From Hydrolagus affinis (Eukaryota), in contig JAAILG010001868.1 in the NCBI GenBank assembly GCA_012026655.1, positions 1-61,000 on the forward strand: a stretch of DNA of 61,000 nucleotides, given 5' to 3'. The notes under the pieces are model-generated. The model searched no databases, was not told where the DNA came from, and saw only the letters and a list, made by a program, of their open reading frames with translations. Shown here in pieces: positions 51,171 through 61,000 of this stretch (positions within the stretch are counted from its first letter, which is position 1; each line of letters begins with the position of its first letter). The position numbers and the translations under genes are program-made.

Positions 51171-52439
51171 TCCAAATAAAGTATACGGTTGCTAAAGTGA
51201 ATAGGAAAGAAAAACAACCATCAAAGTAAATCTAACTTATTACCACCAGAAAAGTAACAAAAAGAACTCAAACAACTCGAGGTTAAATTACTGGAACTAA
51301 ACCAGTGAATAATCTGATTACAACATTTATTGAACACCTTTCACTTCAGGAGGACAATATGCCTTTAAACAAATCAAGACAATTTAAACTGCTCCTGTCT
51401 GTCCCTGCAAGCCAACTGCAAAATTGAATCCACTATCTATGGGAATAGAAATCTCAAAGGTATTTTCCATATTCCCCATCTCCCCAATTAACATCAGACA
51501 AAATGTAGCATTTAGTATTGTCATACTCCCAGAATGCTTTTTAATTGCTGCAGAAATGTTTACATTGGAAATCATTGGCAATTAATATTATGTCCTTTTC
51601 TAAAAAGGTGAGGTTCTCTCAAAAACCTAATCTTGAATTATATTAATGATAACATCAAAAACATTGCCTCTAAACCTCGATGGTGAAGAGGGTCTATTGC
51701 GGGGGGGGGGGGGGGAAGGGAACGATCCGTGAGGCAACTGGTTGAGAGAAAAACTGATAACCTCATAGATGTGATCAAAACGCACTTAAAAATATTCATT
51801 CCATTTAATCTGATGTGGTAGAGTGCCACAGGGCTTTCCCAGAACTTCCAGCAATTATTGCCATGTAACGAGTAACAGTTACTCTTTTTTCTTAATAGTT
51901 TGTAAGAGCAGTGCCGGTTAACCAGACCGGGTTAGTCTCCACCACACAGCTACGTGGCGCACAAAGGCTCTTAAGAAATAATAACCTTTTTTTAAAAAAA
52001 ATATATAAAACAACTAACTTTCGTATGGTAATGTTGCAAAATGAAACCCTTTCAATTGAATCCTAGGCCTGGGAGTGCATATTGGGCACAAACTAGCTGC
52101 TTGGGAACATGGTAATCGATACAGGCGATTCATCCCCAAAAGAGGCGTTTAACACCCGCTCTCGACCAACATTAACCCTCTCCTCAAGCTTCTTTTTTGG
52201 AAAAAAAAACTCCAGCAAATAACGCCCCCCATAAAACGATCAACGAAAATCTCCAGGAAATAACGCCCGAAATATCTACCGAAAAAAAATCTACAGCATT
52301 GACCCCCCAGCCAGCACCCACCAGCCCCCCCCCCCCCACCCCCAAAAAAGCATCAAAATTTCTAGCAAATTTCACCCCTGCCCCCAATAAAATTATCCCG
52401 AGTATTGACACCCCGTGAAATCGTGCACAAGAATCTCTC

Positions 52440-53255
52440 ATCAATCAAGAGCGACAAACCAGGCGTCCGGGGACAAGATGGCGGAGAGAGGAAGGGGGTT
52501 GGGGGGAAGAAAGAGACGCGGGACAAAAGCCACAATCCCGAGGGGAACCTTAACATTTATTTAACTCCACCGTCGAGCAACTACCGGGGGGGGGGGCACC
52601 CGCGTTTACACGAAATTAACGTCCACGAAAGAGGAGGAAGGGGAACAGAGGAGAAAAAAAAGCTTGAAAACCCGACACGGCAACAAAAAGCGGCCGCCCG
52701 CATGGAGGGGGGAAACATTTTTTTCAGAAAAATGAAAAATCAGAATTCAAATGGGGAGAATAAATCAGGCAAAAACATATATAAATTGTCGAGCGGGCCA
52801 CACTTGCCCACAGTCTGAAACACTGACCGCCTACAGCCAATACCTCTCTTCGCGCCGCTTACCTGGTCCCAAACACCGAGCCACTGCAGTGACGCAGTTA
52901 TAATAAAAACCGAGCCACAAAATGGAGGCCGCGTCTCGTCCCGCCTTGACATCAACCAATCCGAGGCGGGCGAACCGCTTGCCTTCCACCAATCAGCATC
53001 CACGACTGTACACTTCTCAGCCAATCCAGGGTTGGCAATCCATGCGCCAGCCTACCCAGAGCGGCCAATCACAGCCCCGCCTTCCGCTCACTGTAGGCAA
53101 TCACAGCTCCACCTCCACCACGGAAGCCAATCGCAATCCCGCCTCCACCACGGAAGCCAATCGCAACCCCGCCTCAAACACGGAAGTCAATCGTAGTCCC
53201 GCCTCCAACACGGAAGCCAATCACAGTCCTTGCTTCCGCCAACACGGGAAGCACA
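52440..53255 (-). promoter_or_regulatory. CpG-rich promoter / exon 1 of SRSF5 copy B with CCAAT-ETS-GC box array
   Basis: CCAAT at 52956, 52989, 53021, 53065, 53127, 53157, 53217, variants at 53097 and 53187. CGGAAG at 53121, 53151, 53181, 53211. YY1-like AAGATGGCGG at about 52475. Donor at 52862. Confidence 0.75.
53097..53230. repeat. 30-bp tandem repeat, about 4.5 units (ccaccacggaagccaatcgcaatcccgcct)
   Basis: Exact 30-nt periodicity visible directly in the sequence. Confidence 0.92.
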
Positions 53256-53349
53256 AACCTGGAAGCTCAGCGAGAGGAATGGACTTCTTCTGTTGTTTTC
53301 CCCTTAACACCTTAGGTGGAATTTAAGATGATAAGATACGTAAGTGTGT

Positions 53350-53790
53350 GTGGGGCTCAAGCCCGCCAAGGGGAGGGAGCTGACGGGGGATTAGGAAGGA
53401 GCAGAGGTAGGAGGGAAGCAAGGCCATGGAGAGCTTTGAAGGTGGAGATCAGGATCTTGAATTTTATCCTCTGTGTGATGGCAAACCAGTGAGGTCGGGC
53501 AGGGGTAGGAGTGATATGGTCACCGAGCCAAGTGCGGGAGAGGACACGGGCTGCAGAGTTCAGCCCCTTGGGACGTCTTCCTGACTTGAAAGGCGCTATA
53601 CGAGTGTAATGTTGAACTGCAGCCTGTGGAAGGGGTTGGGGAGGCTGACAAGCGAGGAGTTTGCAGTCAACCCTAGATGTTATGAATGCATGTATGAGAG
53701 TTTCGGCAGCCTGTGGTGTGTGAGTCAGTTGATTCACTTTATAGTATATACCGTGAAGCACTTTTGAGAGTAGTTGTGCATTTATAGAAC
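53350..53790 (-). mobile_element. L2 fragment plus SINE tail directly upstream of the copy B promoter
   Basis: ETLIHAFITSR..NSAARVLSRTWLGDHITP..QRIKFKILISTFKALHGL. Confidence 0.85.
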
Positions 53791-56135
53791 ACAACATACA
53801 AATGAGTGAGCATGGCTGCAAAATTCTCAAGTGTTAAATAGCCTGCCAAGACTCACCGGTTTGGAACGTACTGGAGAAGACACTTCAATAAAATATCAAC
53901 ATCTCAACTGGCTCAGTTAGCAGTATTATTCTCACTGCTGCATCAGATGGTGGAATCAGGCCTTTGATCTCCGTCTATTCTAAGACTCCAATGCAGTCTG
54001 GCCAACGATCCTCCAAAATAAAATTGGTCATTCACTTACTTCACGGTTCTTTGTGATTATCCTCAGTGGGTGGGGGGGTTCACAGGCAACTGGCTGCTAA
54101 GGTGACATGCCTTGTAATGGTAATTGTCAGGAATCTGAATCGAGCCAGCACTGGGTCGGTCTGGGTAACCTGGTTCCTGAGCCAGGCAGGTCTGCAGTGA
54201 AGTGATAAGGCAGTATAACAAGAATGTGACCATAACATTGATATAACGCCTTATTACATCTGCCTAGGATTCTGATATAGCACCTTTTCGCTTCTGATTA
54301 CAACACAACCAGTTTGGCTCATTGGCATGATTACTGGGGGCAGAAAGCTTAGCTCCTGTTATCCCCAGGAGCCAAAGCCCTAATGGGTTGAGTGGTCCTA
54401 GCTGGAGGAACAGAGGGAAAGTTTGTAATATCAGTGGCAAACTGCATCTTTATGTATTTATAATCCAGCAGTATCCCAACACATGTTCTGGGGTCCCCAA
54501 ACCCTGGCTCTTGCCAACCTGCACCTCATCTGGAATTGGATAAACAGAATGAGTACCTCTTGTGAGATTATGAGCATTCCATTCAAACAATCGATCCGAG
54601 ATAATTAACAAAACTTAAATTTCAGTAACAAAATGGAACTGTACAATGAACCCTTGACTCCAGCTCCAAAAGAAAATATTGTTAATGTTTTCTTGGGGAA
54701 TGTTACATTAAGTGTTAAACTTTGCCTTGTATGTGATAAAAGCAAGATTAAGTTACAATAAAAAGAAACAAATCCAGGGGCAACACTTATCTAAATTCAT
54801 AGATTGTTATTCTTTATCATCTAATTGAAGTGCCATACAGAAAATCCAAAATATCACTCGGCCAAAGTGGTGGGGTGCTACAATTGAACTCAATGTCTAG
54901 TAGTCAGTCCATAGTAATGATCTGTGAGCCAGCACATACATTTCCAAATTTGTAGTGTGTACCGTTGTGAACCCTGGTGTTTCACAATTCAAAGGAATGG
55001 ACAAGGTTTGAGGTTGCCTTCTAATTTTCAAGTTACTTAAAGTTATGGGAGGGCATGGGAAATAACGAGAGATTGAATCAGAATGTGCTGTCTCGCAGCT
55101 CAAAATTAGAACTGGCTTCGGAGGCCAAACAGGCTTCAGGAAACAAAGCTCAGCTGCAACAACTCACCTGAATTCCTTAAGGTATCATTACCTTGGGAGA
55201 TAGGCATGTTTAAGCAGGAAAATACCATTAACCAACACAATTCTGCTAATATCGTGTAACAGAATAAGATGAAATCATCACACTTCACCTGCTTGATATG
55301 GTGTGATGTGTTTACCAATTAAAAATACTTTTCACAATTCAATACTTTTTTCCTTAATATAAAGCACAGTACAGACCTGTCTTTTTGGTACAATGTGTAT
55401 CTTTGTGATTAGAACTTTACAAGATAGAAATATGTCATTTAAATAGAATCTGTCACATCAATAAACAGCCTCAAATCATCTTCTGGGAATCTAGCCACAG
55501 TAATATAATTAACATCGGAAAATGTGACAATGGTTTTCCCATAGCACATAATCAAATTCTTGCACTTCAGTGGTATTTTGTTGACAGCTAGGAAAGACTA
55601 ATAATCATAATCTGATCATTTTACTTCATATACTGATCCACATACATATATGTATGAGGGTTGGGTGAGTACGGGAAGAGAGAAAAAAAAGTTTATAAAA
55701 TACATCCAACAAAGATTACAAAGACACTCTCACCAGTAATTGGTATAATTTTTATTTAAAGCATACACAAAACAGGATTTCATGCCATTATGTTTGCCAC
55801 AGATGGATGTTTTTCCAGTCGGGGATGGGTAGGGCAGGGAGAGAAGGGATTATGAAAACAAATTGATGCATTTCTAAAAGAAAACTATATCAAACAAGCA
55901 ATCACACATTCATATGGGGGAAGAATCAGTATCCTGTGCATAAAAATCTTAAGTACTGCATATGAGAATACAATTTGAATGTACTTCCAGTAGCTGCAAG
56001 TATTGAAATTCTAACAAAATTAGATTATTTTAACAGAAATTTACCACTTCCTACTTACCATATTTTACATTAGTTTTCACTAACTTGGGGGTAAAAGTCC
56101 ATTTTCACTATATTAACGTATGCCACAAGCACCAT

Positions 56136-59100
56136 TTAATCTGCACTTTCAACAGAAGGCGATCGTGAACGTGAACGGGATTTTGATCGTGACCGTGAAC
56201 GAGATCGAGATCTTGCCCGTTCCACTGACGCAGATTTGGACGGAGTAGGGGAGCGGCCTTTTGGTTCCTTGGTGGGAACAGGTGATCTACTACGAGAACG
56301 GGATTTACTGCGGCTCCTACTCTTAGACCTACTGTAGGATCTGCGGCTCCTGGAGCGAGATCGGCTGCGAGATCTGGAAGAGCTACGGCTTCGGGAACGA
56401 GATCGACTCCGAGACCTAAAAAAAATCAAGAGAAAGAGCAACTGAAGCAATCGATTTGACATGTATTACAATTTTACTATCAGAATATTCTAAGTACAAA
56501 TCAGGCAAAAAATTGACATTCATGATGATCGCATATTGGGAGATCTAATACTCTCCACTGAAAATAATCCTCCCACACCGTGATGTGCCAAGCAGAGGCC
56601 AATACATTTAACTATTTAGTGCCCCAATTTACCTATACTGTTTTCGTTCCTCAACCAGCCTAATCTTTCTTCCATTGAGCTCTGTGCCAGAAAGCTTGTC
56701 TAGAGCATTCTTCAAATCACTATAAGAGGCAAATTCAACAATCCTAGGAGCAAAGAAAACACATTTTCAGTGAGAATATTTCCAGCAATTAAAAGTTATT
56801 TGAAAATATCTAATAGGACAATGGTTATGCAAATAATTTGAATAGACATTTTAAACTCTACACCAGGTTTAGATAACTAACCAAATATTCAAACTTTGCA
56901 AGTACGCATCTTTGTGTAATAATGCACGTCTGTTTATAATAAATGACAGTAGGTATAGTTTCCAATATTCACATTGTGTAATGCAAATGGATCTTGATTA
57001 TCTGAAGCAAATAATCCTTGCATTTGATATAGCGCTTTTCACGTCTTCTAGATGTCTTAAAGCGCTTTACAAAATTTACTGTAAAGTTAATTGAATGTAT
57101 ACTTGTGGAGAAATGAGGCAGCCGATTGTACTCAGGAGTGCACCACAAACAGTTGTAGCTCGAGTGACCACATATTTTTGAAGAATTATTATCCCAAAAA
57201 AGCGATCTGCCAATCGACTGACAACCCGGTTCCTACTTACTGTTAGGTAAACAGAGGTATGTGGAGTAAGGAAGCCCAACATTTCACCCTGCTGGGAATT
57301 CAGGTCTGTCGCTTAAGAATCCAACGCTCTAACCACTGAGCCACAGGACTTCACAAATACTACTATATAGATTAGACTGAATTTATATAAACAAGTCACT
57401 TCCGTTAACTTACCCTTCGTTCATTTTGTGTCTGTGTGCATCAGCAAAAGTAACTTCTCCAGCCTGTCTCATGAAATCTTTGAGATCCTATGCAAGATCA
57501 GATCACTTAGGTAAAACAAAGCACATTCACACATTAATTCTATAATTTTCCAATAACATGACTGGAAAAGGAAATACACAATTCTAATGTCAAAATTTGT
57601 ATTACCTTCCTGTACCATTCCCTAGGCTATTCACTCAGCCAAATGCAACAAGCACTCGTTGAGGTACCACTACGATCGAAGACCTGATGGTGCTCTTCAC
57701 CACCCACTTGACCGACACTACCCATTCGATGGGAGCCTTTCCGGACGATCACCTCCCTATAGGCAGATTCTGGCTTTGCCATGGGAACGGGGATTGCTAT
57801 TCTTGCTCCGTTAACAAGGAGTCCTCACCTCACTCCAATCGAGCTTCCAACCAACCCTACTAGCGAATCGCTGGCCTCACACTTTAGTGGGATCTCAGAA
57901 CTCTCGACTTTAGGACACCTTGTTATCAGCATTTTCAAGGACGCAGCAAGGAAAATGGCACTAAACCCAGTGCCCACCAATGTTGGTCAGACCAGCCCAA
58001 AACAGATCTAGATCACCAACTGATCCTGAAACGTAGGAGCGATTAGGAAAACCAACGACACTCCTCGTCATAAGGCCAACGACACAAAGAGAGGCTGGTA
58101 AATAAAGGTTTTAACACTTGGTTAAATTTCAGAAAACAATTGAACATTTAAAAAAAAACAGCAAATCATATAGTAAAGGCTTTCAAGGTCAGGAAACTAA
58201 ATATATACATATATGTATAAATAAAACTGTTCTGCTCATTTAGCTACTCTAAAAGTTAAATAGAAATTCCATCTTCCATTTTAGAAAGCAATAATTACAC
58301 TAAGTATTACCCCAAAAAATTAACACCTATTCTCCTGTGTACTGAGACCATCTATGATCAGAGGGTGGAAGACATGTCAAAGCCAACCGCCACCGAGACC
58401 AATCAATTCTATTTAGCGCGATTCACAGGCACGATTTCTGAACAATCAGGTCACAATGGACCAGATGCCTCCTCCCCATCACTCTTTATTACCTGTGGGT
58501 GCCACTCATCCAAGGATGCAAGCGACCCTTTCTTTACTTGGGGAGCACGCCCAAGAGGCCACTCCTCACACTGTTTGGCAATTTGCCATGAAGGAGTATC
58601 TTATACATCTGTATCTTATACATCCTTCACCTATGTCTATAACAATTTCAGCAGGAGTGGAGCAAACAAAATTTAAATGACTAGAGCACAATTTACTTCA
58701 ATAGAGTTGCGCGTTCTGTAAATATCACTCAAAATTTTAGGACTAAGCTACTTATCTACCTATCCACTTAGCTACCTATCATTAAGAGTCCATTTACAAT
58801 AATGGGGTAGGAAGTGACATTCTTAGAAAACAGTAGTGGCCTCTGTATTTGTGATTTAGAAATTGAAAGGCCTTTCCCCTTCCCCAGACATTGTAAAAAT
58901 GATACAGGTTCATACTTTGAGGTCAATCGCTTTGTTAAAAGTTTGCTATTTTATCAATAAACTGTCACATACAGACGGGGTCTTGTCCAGTTATTTTCTT
59001 GGTTTAGATAAAACTATTGAACTAATTTCATAGATTTGCAAAGCAAACACATGGAAGTCACTTCTGCCCTTTATTGCGGCTGGGTCTCAACTAACCTTGA

Positions 59101-60635
59101 AAGCTCTATTTACAGTTACATTTGATAAGAGAACACAATTAAATCAATAAAGCTATGCTCAAGAGTCACGGTTACAAGTAACCTACCTGCCAACTAACTC
59201 TGGAAGATAAATTCTCAACAATCAATCTGTTTTCTGTGCGACTTGGCGGACCACTTCTAGAACAAAGCAAGATTTGATTAGATCCCACACAAGTGGGAGG
59301 CAGAAGCAAAATTTGAAAATGAGCAATGGGAATGTTAAAGCAAAAGAACAACAAATCCATTGCCCAAGCAACAGGACAATGAAATAGTCCAAATATCTAG
59401 TATTCTATGACATTTCCACGAGACCTAAACTAATTACATTTTTCCATATAAACATCAAGCAGAATCTAGTGGAACCAAAGTTACTGCTCTTGGGAACACA
59501 TGAAACGGCTTGGTTCTATTAATATGGCTATATTTCAGAATACCCCCACTCAACCTCACCTTCCTGCACCTCTTGGGCGACGTTGATTGTAACGGCCTTG
59601 AAATCGGCCACGGCCCCCCCGAGAGCGTGCTCTAGCATGCTCTACCGTAACTCTGCAACAACAAAAACAGGAGCTCATTTAAAATCTAAAATCGCCATTG
59701 AGAGTACTGGATACATATTTACACAGAACTACAGAACCAAAACGGTCCATGTAACCTAACTAGACCAGGCAGTACAGTATTTACACTCCACATGTGTTTC
59801 CACTTATGTATGCATTCTCCCTTATATACATATTTATCGTGCACACACCCCACCCCACTTAATAATCCTGGATCATGGTTGATTGAAAAGGAAACATTGG
59901 GAATTTCCAATTTATTTTCCCCCAAAAAAAAATCACAGGATTTTGTGTTTACCTTTCACTACATAACTCTTTTCCATCCAGTTCATAAACAGCATCATCT
60001 GCATCTCTGTAATCTTCAAATTCCTAAAAAAAAAGTTAATTTTACAACAAAGCACAAAAGTTTTAAGAATTGTTTAAGAAAAGTATTGCAAACATTTTCC
60101 TCACAATTCCAGTCACCTCTGTCAATTGGATTTAGCAAAGCAGCTTGCTAGCTGATCTACGGAGCAATATTTATTACTTGTATCAAGTATGAAGCTCTAA
60201 ATACTAAGACTGAAAAAAAATTCAGAAATGGCAGGTGCACTCCACAATCTGTATAATAATAATCCTTGCATTTGATATGGCACTTTTCATATGTTCTAGA
60301 CATCACAAAGTGCTTCAAAGAATATACTTTGAAGTGAACTCACTGTATAATTGTGGGCGAAACGTGGCAACAGCATTGTCCCATAAACAGTCGTGGATTA
60401 GGTGGCCAATTTATTTTTTTTCTTGAGGGATTATTATCAGTGTACAGCCAGCATCCGAGCAGACTAGCTCTAAAATGGGGGAATTTTTTCACCGTATTTG
60501 CATAAATCTTACCACAAATCCAAAACCATTCTTAAGATCAATTTCCTTTATCCGGCCATATCCTCTGAAAAATTTTTCCACATTTTTCTCGGTAGCATAC
60601 GGACTCAGTCGCCCGATGAACACTCGAGAGCTCAT
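56136..60635 (-). CDS. SRSF5: Serine/arginine-rich splicing factor 5-like, copy C (273 aa)
   Basis: Coding exons 60635-60513, 60023-59953, 59652-59560, 59256-59187, 57487-57414, 56743-56633, 56415-56136 total 822 nt, open frame, GT-AG. Exon 1 and promoter lie beyond the window end. Confidence 0.93.
57010..57350 (-). mobile_element. tRNA-derived SINE, long variant
   Basis: Same family; head ctctaaccactgagccacaggact. Confidence 0.88.
57606..58094 (-). other. Poison (PTC/NMD) alternative exon of SRSF5 copy C
   Basis: Same acceptor and donor; reads PLFVSLAL*; has internal deletions relative to A and B. Confidence 0.85.
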
Positions 60636-61000
60636 CCTCTCGACAGAAAACACAATTAGTTCCCTTTCGACACGTTTCTAGTTGTGATCCTGGAGATAAA
60701 AGGAAGACAATTTAGAAACTAGTTCAGCACCATTAGTTGAATATGAGTTAGGGGAGTGAGAGAAAAGGGGTTGGAGGGAAGACAGAGAAAAAAAACGGGT
60801 GGAGGGAAGGGGAAGGGGGTGCCAGCTGGAGAAATGGGAGAAGAGGTGGCGTGAGAGCGAGAAAAAAGGGGAGAGGATTAGAGAAAGAATTGGGAGAGAA
60901 ATGGAGAAAGATGAAGTGTGAAATACGGGAAGAAATTGGGTAGAGGTGGAGGGAGAGAGAAATGGGCAAGGGAGGAGGGGAGAGATAGAGAAGGGGGGGA

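Noticed and set aside
53097-53230. CRISPR-like periodic array
   Set aside because: Units are contiguous with no unique spacers, and the context is eukaryotic.
52922-53326. 134-aa plus-strand ORF with STTEANRNPA repeats
   Set aside because: By-product of the 30-bp promoter repeat; no recognisable domain.
32000-60690. SRSF5 triplication as a haplotype or assembly duplication artefact
   Set aside because: Introns are unalignable, TE content differs and exons carry many substitutions; an artefact would be near-identical.

Overview
Vertebrate genomic DNA with two 100-N assembly gaps. The repeat content (tRNA-derived SINEs with L2-type tails, Deu-like SINEs, L2 and CR1 fragments) suggests a cartilaginous fish such as a chimaera or shark; this is inference. 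The window covers the SLC10A1-SRSF5 neighbourhood. One SLC10A1/NTCP gene lies on + (four clear coding exons at 20607-25709, last exon tentative at about 30942-31060). It is tail-to-tail with three intact tandem SRSF5-like genes on - (CDS A 32294-40412, B 44693-51170, C 56136-60635). Their ordinary introns are unalignable, but all three keep a 490-550 nt PTC-containing poison exon with an invariant 40-nt acceptor region. B and C also keep a strong 5' splice site in the 3'UTR. The A and B promoters differ completely: ETS-CRE in A, a 30-bp periodic ETS/CCAAT/GC-box array in B. The left 20 kb is non-coding and repeat-rich. It holds a decayed Mag-like Ty3/Gypsy element with a single 113-bp LTR, fused to an R4/Dong-type LINE remnant, and an 88-bp near-perfect palindrome. 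All coordinates were read by eye; repeat boundaries are approximate.
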